A DNA stretch of 64,000 nt from Holophagae bacterium. Its GTDB lineage: Bacteria > Acidobacteriota > Thermoanaerobaculia > Thermoanaerobaculales > Thermoanaerobaculaceae. How positions within the stretch are numbered: position 1 is the stretch's first letter; each line of letters starts with the position of its first letter. The notes beneath the pieces are model-generated. The model was not told where the DNA came from. It ran no database searches and was given only the letters and a program-made list of their open reading frames with translations. Location of the stretch: contig JAAYVZ010000046.1 in assembly GCA_012516935.1 (NCBI GenBank), positions 21,441 through 85,440 of the forward strand. The letters run 5' to 3'. Both the position numbers and the translations under genes were made by a program. Positions 39,779 through 47,862 of the stretch are shown piece after piece.

Positions 39779-42123
39779 TTGATCTTCACCATGCTGCCCT
39801 GGATGATGTTGAGGCCGCTAGCCTCGCTGCGGACGAGCGCCCCCTTGACCGTGGCCTGGGTGCTGCCAGAAAGCTTCGCGGTGCCGTTGCTCTCGACGGT
39901 GGCGCTGCTGGTGCCCGAGATGGTGGCCGTGGCGCCCCTCGCCGAGTAGTCGGACACTGCGTGATCGCTGATGTTCGAGGCCGTGCTGTTGATATCGTCG
40001 CCGGCGTTGAGGGCGATCTTGGACTGCGCCGTGACCGAGAAGTTCTTGCACAGGACCGAGACGTCGTCCTGGGCGGAGAGGGTGATCGACTTCGCCCTGA
40101 GCGTGTAGCTGCCCTCGGCCTCGAAGACGATGTCGCCCTTGGTCGAGCAGGTGATGGTGCTGCCCGAGATATCGAGCTTGAAGAAGTGGCCGCCGCCCTG
40201 GTCGCTGATGACGATGGAGCCCGAGGCGTCGTCGATGAGGATGAAGTGCCCGTTGTGACTCTGGATGAGGATGCGTTGGTTGGCGTCGTCCAGCTCCACG
40301 CGATGGCGTTCGGTGGTGAGCAGCTTCACGAACTTGTTCGTGTCGTCGAGAACGAGGGCGTTTTCGTTCTTGGTCCAGATCTGGATTCGCTCGAGCTCGT
40401 CGTTGAGATACATGCGGTGCTCGTGGTTGGTGCGCAGGTAGATGCCGCGCTTGTCGTCCTTCTCGGACATCAGGATGAGGTGGTCGTCGGCGGTGCGCAG
40501 CGCGATGGTGTTGCCGAGGTCGTCGGAGAGATCCGCCATCGAAAGGCTTTGGTTGCCCACGGTGGCGAGGGTGATGGCGCCGCGGTTGCTGCCTTCTTGC
40601 CGCTCGAGGTCCTGCATGACCAGGTGCTGGTTGCCGCCGGTGTTGAGGCGGATCGAGCCGTTCTTGTCGTCGAGCACGAGCTGGTGCTGGTACGGCGTCA
40701 GGATGCGGTTGCGCACCAGCTCGGTCGGCTGCACGATCGGCCGCTTGTCGGCGTTGTAGACGCTGCCGATGATGAGCGGGTTGTCGGGGTCGCCGTCGAG
40801 GAAGTCGACCACCACCTCGTCGCCGATGAGCGGGTGGAACTGGATGCCGTGCTTTTTCTGGGTGCTCTCATCCATGCCGGCATAGGGCGTCGTGACGCGA
40901 ACCCAGCACGAGCTGTTCTCGTCGTTCTGGCCGTCCGGGTCCCAGTGGAACTGCACCTTGGCGCGCCCGAGCTCGTCCATGTAGATCTTCGCGTCGTCGG
41001 GGCCGACCACGGTGGCCGTCTGCACGTTGATGAAGGGCTTCGGGATGTCTTGGGGAGGGCGGAAGACGGGGTCCTTGCGAAGGGCGGTGAGGGAGACCGA
41101 GTACTGCACCCCGCTATCGGCCTCCTGAGATGCGGAGTGGTCAACCGCCAGCAGCACCCAGTCGCCGTTCAGGTCCGAACGGTACGCCCGTGAGAGCGAC
41201 ATCACGCATCCGGCGGAGGCCGAGCGCCAGTCGCCGGTGGCGGCGAGGACCTTGCGCATCGCCGCTTCGGCCTCGACCGCGACCTTGGCGAGGGTACGGC
41301 CGCGACCGTCGTCCCGGTAGCGCTCGACGTTGTAGTCGTAGATCTCGAGGTCGGTGTTGCGCGGGGCGGTCTGCTCGACCCGTAGCGGCTTGCCGGGGTC
41401 GCGGTAGTCGTAATCCTTGTAGCGCACCTTGCCGGTATACGCGGACTCCTCATAGGTGAGGCTCGACAGGTACTCGTCCGCCGGTGCGAGGTCGCCGGTG
41501 GGGGTCTTGTACTGCACGCTCGACTCGGGGGCACAGGTGCCGTAATGAGCGGATTGGTCGCCGATGACCATCATCTCTTTCCCGTCGTGCGTGAAGTAGT
41601 AGAAGATCCCCTCCTCCTGCATGAGGCGGGAGATGAAAGCGAGGTCGGTCTCGCGGTACTGCACGCAGTACTCGCGCTCCGGATAGGAGCCGAGCCTGGG
41701 GTCGTACTTGCCGGACATGCCGCGCTCGTCGAGCACCTGCTTGATGATCGTGTCGGCGGACTTGCCCTGGAAGATCCGGCAGTGCCGGTGCTGGCCCAGC
41801 AGCCACAGCGTCGGCACCACCTCGACCGAGTAGATCCCCTGCTCCTGGTCGGCGCCGCCGAGCCCCGGCAAGCGGGCGTCGAGCTGCGAGAAGTGGGAGA
41901 CGATCCCGTAGTACTTCTTCTCCTTGCCGGCCCACTGCCGCTTGATCTCGACGCTCTGCCGGATCTGCGCGGCGACGTCGACGGCCGAGTCGCGCGACCA
42001 CAGCGTCAGGTGGTAGGCGAAAAGCGCCGAGATCTCCTCGTGGCCAGAGAACGACAGGACCTGGAAGAGGGTGCCACCGATCTTGCACGAGTACTGGGCC
42101 GTGTCAGCCCGCACAGCGCTCAT
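39775..42123 (-). CDS. vgrG: T6SS spike protein VgrG (TssI; gp27/gp5-like, C-terminal beta-helix)
   Basis: 782 aa. The N-terminal gp27-like region is followed by the gp5 OB-fold and ~15 beta-helical repeats (e.g. ALVLDDTNKFVKLLTTERHRVELDDANQRILIQSH...). Amino-acid composition is K/N/D/I/Y-rich and GC content is lower than its neighbours. Confidence 0.85.
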   Translation of the reverse strand: MSAVRADTAQYSCKIGGTLFQVLSFSGHEEISALFAYHLTLWSRDSAVDVAAQIRQSVEIKRQWAGKEKKYYGIVSHFSQLDARLPGLGGADQEQGIYSVEVVPTLWLLGQHRHCRIFQGKSADTIIKQVLDERGMSGKYDPRLGSYPEREYCVQYRETDLAFISRLMQEEGIFYYFTHDGKEMMVIGDQSAHYGTCAPESSVQYKTPTGDLAPADEYLSSLTYEESAYTGKVRYKDYDYRDPGKPLRVEQTAPRNTDLEIYDYNVERYRDDGRGRTLAKVAVEAEAAMRKVLAATGDWRSASAGCVMSLSRAYRSDLNGDWVLLAVDHSASQEADSGVQYSVSLTALRKDPVFRPPQDIPKPFINVQTATVVGPDDAKIYMDELGRAKVQFHWDPDGQNDENSSCWVRVTTPYAGMDESTQKKHGIQFHPLIGDEVVVDFLDGDPDNPLIIGSVYNADKRPIVQPTELVRNRILTPYQHQLVLDDKNGSIRLNTGGNQHLVMQDLERQEGSNRGAITLATVGNQSLSMADLSDDLGNTIALRTADDHLILMSEKDDKRGIYLRTNHEHRMYLNDELERIQIWTKNENALVLDDTNKFVKLLTTERHRVELDDANQRILIQSHNGHFILIDDASGSIVISDQGGGHFFKLDISGSTITCSTKGDIVFEAEGSYTLRAKSITLSAQDDVSVLCKNFSVTAQSKIALNAGDDINSTASNISDHAVSDYSARGATATISGTSSATVESNGTAKLSGSTQATVKGALVRSEASGLNIIQGSMVKIN

Positions 42124-42380
42124 CCTGCACCTCCGCCCGCAACCGGACCAGCTGGGCTCGGGGGGAGTCCACCGCTCGACTCACGGAGGATGACCTCACC
42201 TCCCCGCCCTTTCGTAAGAACTAGACCTTCGACTATTGTAGCGCCAACCGGTGAGCCCGGACAGCGTCTACGAGCATTCCAGCCGCGCCCTCGAGGTGAG
42301 CTGGGTCCGCTGCGTGACCACGACAGCCGCATGCCTGGTCCTGAGCACAAGGTAGGAGCTTCGAGGCGGCTCGGCAACCG

Positions 42381-42620
42381 TCAGGTGAGCACCGCGAGAC
42401 GGCGAAGCGGAGCATGGGTGCCGACATCGAGACCGTGGGCGTGGCCCGAGCTCCGGCCCCAGGTATCGCCCGGACCGACGGGAAACCGCACCCCATCGAG
42501 TAGGCCGATCCCCTGCCCGTCGAGGACGAGGTACACCTCCGCAGCGTCCACGTGGTGGTGCTCGCCGATCGATGCGCCAGGCTCGAGGCGGAGCGACGCC
42601 ATTCGCCGCCAACCGCTCAC
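42381..42620 (-). CDS. cupin-domain fragment (both cupin motifs present; N-terminal strands encoded upstream in-frame but separated from the MBL gene only by a TGA)
   Basis: G(x)5HxH(x)4E(x)6G (GASIGEHHHVDAAEVYLVLDGQG) and G(x)5PxG(x)2H(x)3 (GVRFPVGPGDTWGRSSGHAHG). The first in-frame start is GTG 42620. The frame remains open upstream to the gloB-like TGA at 42726-42728. Confidence 0.35.
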   Translation of the reverse strand: MSGWRRMASLRLEPGASIGEHHHVDAAEVYLVLDGQGIGLLDGVRFPVGPGDTWGRSSGHAHGLDVGTHAPLRRLAVLT

Positions 42621-42725
42621 CTCGCCAGCGGCGAGAACCTCCTTCCACCGGGTGCGGCCCTGGCCGCTCCGAATCGCTTCGCGCCACTCGGTCGTTCGTT
42701 CAGGAAAGCGCGTGATCGTGCTGTC

Positions 42726-43379
42726 TCACTCGAAGGTGACGAAGGGGTTGGACACCTTCTCTTCGCCGATGGTGGTCTCGGGGCCGTGCCCGGGAATCAC
42801 GCGGGTGTGGTCGGGAAGGGTGTAGAGGACCGAGCGGATGGAGTGCTCGAGGTCCTCCCACGACCCTCCCCAGAGGTCGGTTCGTCCGACCCCGTGCGCG
42901 AACAGCACATCGCCCACCACCGCCACAGGGTGATCGGCGTCGTGCCACAGCAGCACCACGTGTCCCGGGGAGTGCCCCGGGCAGTGCCGCACCTCGATTT
43001 CGAGCTCGCCGAATCCAAGCTTCTGACCGTCCTCGAGAAGCCCGTCGTGGCCTGCCGTTTCGGGCTCGGGAAGACCGAACACCCGCGCCTGCTCGGCGAG
43101 CCCATCGAGCAACGGCAGGTCGTCGCTGTGCACCAGCAATGGGGCGGCTGGGAACGCCCGCTTGAGGGTTGAGACGCCTGCAGCGTGATCGAGGTGGGCG
43201 TGGGTGAGAGCGATAGCGACCGGGTGCAACGCCTCGCGCTCGATGGTGGCGAGGATCTTCTCGGCCTCGAAGCCCGGATCGACGACCAGCGTCTCCCGCG
43301 TGACGGGATCCACGAGCAGGACGGTGCGCTCGTCGAACGGGCCGAGCTCGAGCGAGAGAACGCTCAGCTTCGCTGGCAC
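42726..43379 (-). CDS. MBL-fold hydrolase, hydroxyacylglutathione hydrolase (glyoxalase II)-like
   Basis: 217 aa from GTG 43379 (SD GAGGAG 5 nt upstream): THAHLDHAAG...HCPGHSPGHV...GDVLFAHGVGRTD. The longer 639-aa ORF upstream is an Arg/Gly-rich artefact. Confidence 0.75.
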   Translation of the reverse strand: MPAKLSVLSLELGPFDERTVLLVDPVTRETLVVDPGFEAEKILATIEREALHPVAIALTHAHLDHAAGVSTLKRAFPAAPLLVHSDDLPLLDGLAEQARVFGLPEPETAGHDGLLEDGQKLGFGELEIEVRHCPGHSPGHVVLLWHDADHPVAVVGDVLFAHGVGRTDLWGGSWEDLEHSIRSVLYTLPDHTRVIPGHGPETTIGEEKVSNPFVTFE

Positions 43380-44206
43380 GCCAGCTCCTCGAGTAGCCCG
43401 CCGAGGAGCGCAATCAGACGCGGGCGGGCAGCGGTGCCCGCCTCCACCACCTCGGTGTGTGTGAGCGGCTCCGGGGAGATCCCGGCTGCCAGGTTGCTGA
43501 CCAGCGAGAGCACCAGCACCCGCATTCCGAGGTGATGAGCGGCGATCACCTCCTGGACCGTGGACATCCCCACCACCGTGCCGCCCAGCGTCGCCAGCAT
43601 GCGGATCTCGGCTGGGGTCTCGTACGAGGGGCCCAGGAGCCCGCAGTACACGCCCTCCTGGACCCGGAACCCTGCCTCGACAGCCAGTCTGGCCGCCAGG
43701 TGGCGGAGCTCGGGGTCGTACGCCGCCGTCATGTCGGGGAATATCGGCTCGCGCCAGCGCTGCCACTCCCCGAGCAGCGCGTTGGTGGCCTGGAAGTTGA
43801 TGTGGTCGCGGACGACAACCAGATCGCCGGGCCGGGCGTCGGGATCGAGGCACCCGACGGCGTTGGTCGCCACGTATACCGGGCACCCCAAAAGCCCGGC
43901 GAGTCGGGGAATCGCCGCGACCTCGAACGCCGAGTACCCCTGGTAGAGGTGGAAGCGTCCGTTGAAAGCGAGGACTCCCTGGCTTCCCCGACGCCACACC
44001 GTGGCGGTGGGTGTGTGCCCGGTGAGGTGGTGGATCTCGAACGGAAAGATCTCGGGGTACGCGACCTCGGCCACCTTCTCCCAGCCAGGAGCCCGAAGGG
44101 TGATCCCGGAGCCGGCCACGAGCGCTGCCACCGGGGTGCCGATGTCGAAGCGGGCGCGGAAGCGGGCGACCGCCTGGTCCAGCATCGAGGGGGTGAACGT
44201 GCTCAC
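43364..44206 (-). CDS. purine nucleoside phosphorylase / 5'-methylthioadenosine phosphorylase family (PNP-I)
   Basis: 280 aa: ...LGPSYETPAEIRMLATLGGTVVGMSTVQEVIAAHHLGMRVLVLSLVSN... is the typical PNP/MTAP core. Confidence 0.8.
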   Translation of the reverse strand: MSTFTPSMLDQAVARFRARFDIGTPVAALVAGSGITLRAPGWEKVAEVAYPEIFPFEIHHLTGHTPTATVWRRGSQGVLAFNGRFHLYQGYSAFEVAAIPRLAGLLGCPVYVATNAVGCLDPDARPGDLVVVRDHINFQATNALLGEWQRWREPIFPDMTAAYDPELRHLAARLAVEAGFRVQEGVYCGLLGPSYETPAEIRMLATLGGTVVGMSTVQEVIAAHHLGMRVLVLSLVSNLAAGISPEPLTHTEVVEAGTAARPRLIALLGGLLEELACQRS

Positions 44207-44263
44207 GAGCTCGGAGGATAACGCATGGCCGCGAAGTTGGGAACGGTGTGTGGAAAGCGGCGA

Positions 44264-45130
44264 TCAGCTCGCGGGCTTGGTGGCGGGCAGGACGCTCGAC
44301 CAAGGTACCGCGGCCAAGGCGGGAAGCGCCGCGAGGTCGCTCTGGTCGATCGACAGCGGCGTCACGCTCACGAACCCCTTGATGAGGGCGTCGATGTCGG
44401 TACCGGCCGCGTCGTGGTCCGGCGGCGTCCAGCTTGAGACGAACAGCCGCTCGCCGTGGGGACCCGCCTTCTCGTGGTACCCCTGATCGACCGGGGGCTC
44501 GAGCCCCATGCGGTTGACTCGCACGCCTCTCGCGGCAGTTGCCGGGTGCGGGATCTCGACCTTGACCACCTGCCCGGGACGAGGGAGACCGGCGGCCACG
44601 AGGTCGTCGACCACGAGCCGCGCCCACTGCCCGACCGCCGCCCACTTGGGCTCGCCGCCGCGCGGGTGAGCAGCCGAGATCGCGATGGCGGGAAGCGCCA
44701 TCAGAGCTGCCTCGCGGGCGCCGCCCAGGGTGCCGGAGATCCAGGTTGACTGCCCAGCGTTGTCGCCTCGGTTGATCCCGGATAGCACCAAGGCGGGAGG
44801 GTCATTGGCGAGGAGGTTGCCGACGCCGATGCGGGCACAAGTGGCGGGCTGGGCGTGGACGGCGAAGCGGCGAATGCCGTCGACCGCGGGTCGCTCCTCG
44901 ACCAGCACCGGGGTGCGGAAGGTGATGCCGTGGCCGACGCCGGACTGCTCGACCGCAGGGGCGACCACGGTAAGGCGGTAACCGTCCTGCAGCCCACGGA
45001 CGAGAGCCGCGAGGCCAGGTGCATCGATGCCGTCGTCGTTGACGAGCATGAGGTGGAGACGAGGCTTCTCTTGGGCGAGGCTCCAGCCTGCCACGAGCAT
45101 GAGGGTCACAAGCACAGCGAGTCTGCGCAT
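44264..45130 (-). CDS. surE: 5'/3'-nucleotidase SurE, secreted form (N-terminal signal peptide)
   Basis: MRRLAVLVTLMLVAGWSLAQE signal peptide, then the SurE fold (LVNDDGIDAPGL...LSGINRGDNAG). SD GGAGGA lies upstream of ATG 45130. Confidence 0.8.
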   Translation of the reverse strand: MRRLAVLVTLMLVAGWSLAQEKPRLHLMLVNDDGIDAPGLAALVRGLQDGYRLTVVAPAVEQSGVGHGITFRTPVLVEERPAVDGIRRFAVHAQPATCARIGVGNLLANDPPALVLSGINRGDNAGQSTWISGTLGGAREAALMALPAIAISAAHPRGGEPKWAAVGQWARLVVDDLVAAGLPRPGQVVKVEIPHPATAARGVRVNRMGLEPPVDQGYHEKAGPHGERLFVSSWTPPDHDAAGTDIDALIKGFVSVTPLSIDQSDLAALPALAAVPWSSVLPATKPAS

Positions 45131-45483
45131 TGTCGAGTCCTCCCTCCCGTCTCTGCGGCCCGACGGGAGGCTCATCATACGGCAACCCCAGGTGCCGTGC
45201 TCACGCGTTCCCACAAACCCTGGCTCGAGATGACGAGCTGCAGCTCGCCGGTGGTCGGAGTGTGCCGGAAAGCCCCCGCCCCTGATTGCGAAGCCGCTAC
45301 GACGTGTCGCCCCGCTATCGCCCAGGGTCGTAACGCTGGGCAATCGAAGCGCGGCTGCGAGCTGGCGTGCCGGTGCTGGTGGCATTCGCCACCAGCCAGC
45401 CCGTGGGCGCGGCATCTGGCGCTCCACCCACCCGTCGGGGCGCGTCTCGACTCGGTTGAGGCTTAACGCGCCAGGATCGGCGG

Positions 45484-47862
45484 GTGAATCGGCTGGCCGC
45501 ACTCCACCGACGGCTCCAGATGACTATACTGGTCAGGGAGGACGAGACGGACAGGGGGACCCTCACAGCCGATAGCGATCGCGCCGTCGGCCACGAGCGC
45601 CGGCGGCACCTCTTCCTGCTCGCTACCATCGCCATCTCGGTGTTGGCCCTCCTGGTCGTGCAGCTTCGTGAGGGCCGCCTGAGCGCCGGGCGGGCGATCG
45701 GTAGCCGGGTCGAAGCAAATGCCCTGGGCCTCGAGGTCGCCGACGTCTTCCCTGGCTCGCCGGCCGAGCAGGGTGGGCTCAAGGCCGGCGACATCATCCT
45801 CTCGGTCAACCGCCAGCAGGTCTCCGACCTCAACCGATACCACCGAATAGCGAAGGGGTTCGTGCCGCGCCAGGAGGCGGTCTTCGGTGTGCGTCGCGGT
45901 GAGCGGATGCTGGATCTGCGGATCACGCCCGGCGAGCCCTATCGGTGGGGCCGCTGGCTTGTCACCGCGGTTGCCGTGCTGGGTCACCTCGCGCTGGGGT
46001 GGCTGGCGATGGCGCAGCGCACCTCGGACGTACGGTCGCGCCTGCTGTTCCTTTTGACCTGGGCGGTGGCGCTGGAGCTCGCCCTCCCCCAGAGCCTGAT
46101 CGGTAACCAGGCTCTGCAGCAGCTCGCCCGAGTGCTGTTCTACTTGGTGTCGGGGCTGCAGTTTGGGTTCGAGCTCCACCTCGTATCGTTGCTTCCGGCC
46201 CCTCGGGCATGGGTGCAGCAACGGCGCTGGCTCATCCCGACGTTCTACGTTTTCGGTGGTGGCTTGGGGGTGCTCTCGGCACTCGGTTACGTGGCAAGAC
46301 AAGCCGGCGTCGACATCGCGGCGCCCTGGAGCTGGCTGACCTCGAATGTGCTCCTCAACCAGGTGCTGCTGCCGGTGTGGGTGGTAACGGTTGCGGGGTT
46401 GCTCGCGTACCCGGCCATCACCTATCCCGAGCCGCAGGGACGGCACCAGGCGGGACTCATGCTTTTGGGCTTGCTGCCCTGGATGGTGCTGGTGCTCGCG
46501 CTCACGGTGACGAACCTGCTCGGAATCCCCACTCCGACCTGGGTCGACAGCCTGTGGTCGCCGGTGCTGCTGCTGTTCCCCCTCGCGATCTTCATCGCCA
46601 TCTTCCGATACCACCTGTTCGACTTGGCGTTGGTTGTCCGGCGGGGCTTCATCTACACGACGTTGACGACAACCTTGCTGCTGGTGTTCTACGCGGCGTT
46701 GGGAGCTGGCGGGGTACTGCTGTCGGGGCTGTTCGGCAGCTCGAGCTCGGTCTGGGTCGTGGCCTCGGCGACGCTCGTTTTGGGGCTGCTTTTCGCTCCG
46801 CTACGGCGTTTCCTGCAAGAGCAGATCGACCGCCGGTTCTTTCCCGAGCGTCAGGCGCTGCGACAGCAGCTCACCGCCCTCGCCTCCGAGCTCGCTGCCC
46901 AGGGCAAGCTGCCGGCCATGGTCACCTACCTCAAACGGCGCCTCGTGGAGATCTTCGAGGCCGTGTCGGTAACCATCCTGGTCGCCGATCCCACGACGAG
47001 GGTGCTGGTGACCATTGACTCCTCAGCCCCGGCGTTTCGGGATGAGCTGGACCGCTCGTTGCTGCTCTCACCCGACGACCCGGGGATCGAGCTGTTGCGA
47101 CGAACCCGCCGGCCCCTGCCGGCCGAGGCGCTCGCCGAGCGCTCCGGTGTCCTGGGGCACCGGTTACGGTCGCTCGAGGTGACGCTTGCGGTGCCGCTGC
47201 TGTTCCACCAGGAGTTGGTCGGTGTGCTGCTGGTGGGGCGCGAGCGGGGTGCGGCGCCGTTCAATGCCGAGGAGATCGAGCTGCTCGAGCTGTTTTCCCA
47301 CCACGTGGCAGTGGTGATCGAGAACGCGCGGCTGTTTACCTCGGCGACGTACGAGGCGCTCACCGGGCTGTTCCGCCGCGAAGCCATCCTCGAGCAGCTC
47401 CAGCGCGAGGTGGAGCGGGCCCGCCGCTACGGCCGGCCGTTTTCTGTCGCCATGGCGGATCTCGACCACTTCAAGCGCATCAACGACCACTACGGCCACC
47501 TGACGGGCGACACCGTGCTGGCGCGGGTGGCGCAAACGCTTTCGAGCGCGATGCGCTTCTCGGATGCGATTGGCCGCTACGGCGGCGATGAGTTCCTGCT
47601 CCTGTTCCCCGAGACGAACCTCGCCGGAGCGGTCGCGGTGGCCGAGAAGATGCGGCGACAGATCGAGAGGCTGCGCGTTGACGTGCCCTCTGGCCCGCCT
47701 CTCGGTCTGACGGTGTCCCTCGGCGTGGCAACGCTCGAGATGGACGCGGCCAATCGGGAGGACGCCGCCACGGCACTGATCGACGAGGCCGATGCTAACC
47801 TCTTGCAGGCCAAGCGGGCGGGGCGCAACCGGGTGGGGCCGGCTCCTACCGCGCCGGGGTGA
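45484..47862 (+). CDS. membrane sensor diguanylate cyclase: PDZ + multi-TM + GAF + GGDEF
   Basis: PDZ (GLEVADVFPGSPAEQGGLKAGDIILSVN), ~8 TM helices, a GAF-like region, and a GGDEF domain with intact RYGGDEF and I-site-like RxxD. Alternative start ATG 45520. Confidence 0.8.
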   Translation: MNRLAALHRRLQMTILVREDETDRGTLTADSDRAVGHERRRHLFLLATIAISVLALLVVQLREGRLSAGRAIGSRVEANALGLEVADVFPGSPAEQGGLKAGDIILSVNRQQVSDLNRYHRIAKGFVPRQEAVFGVRRGERMLDLRITPGEPYRWGRWLVTAVAVLGHLALGWLAMAQRTSDVRSRLLFLLTWAVALELALPQSLIGNQALQQLARVLFYLVSGLQFGFELHLVSLLPAPRAWVQQRRWLIPTFYVFGGGLGVLSALGYVARQAGVDIAAPWSWLTSNVLLNQVLLPVWVVTVAGLLAYPAITYPEPQGRHQAGLMLLGLLPWMVLVLALTVTNLLGIPTPTWVDSLWSPVLLLFPLAIFIAIFRYHLFDLALVVRRGFIYTTLTTTLLLVFYAALGAGGVLLSGLFGSSSSVWVVASATLVLGLLFAPLRRFLQEQIDRRFFPERQALRQQLTALASELAAQGKLPAMVTYLKRRLVEIFEAVSVTILVADPTTRVLVTIDSSAPAFRDELDRSLLLSPDDPGIELLRRTRRPLPAEALAERSGVLGHRLRSLEVTLAVPLLFHQELVGVLLVGRERGAAPFNAEEIELLELFSHHVAVVIENARLFTSATYEALTGLFRREAILEQLQREVERARRYGRPFSVAMADLDHFKRINDHYGHLTGDTVLARVAQTLSSAMRFSDAIGRYGGDEFLLLFPETNLAGAVAVAEKMRRQIERLRVDVPSGPPLGLTVSLGVATLEMDAANREDAATALIDEADANLLQAKRAGRNRVGPAPTAPG

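Noticed and set aside
43380-44645. 5' 420 codons of the 639-aa ORF continuing upstream of the glyoxalase-II-like gene
   Set aside because: It is an Arg/Gly/Pro-rich artefact in a frame other than the well-supported PNP gene (43364..44206) it overlaps. A strong SD+GTG at 43379 gives a normal-length MBL protein.
45131-45483. 353-bp intergenic region between surE and the diguanylate cyclase gene, inspected for tRNA/ncRNA
   Set aside because: No cloverleaf-compatible structure or conserved tRNA motifs (GTTC...TTCGA) found by eye. It contains only a short hairpin (CCCGTC...GACGGG) and likely promoters. tRNAscan or Infernal would be needed to be certain.
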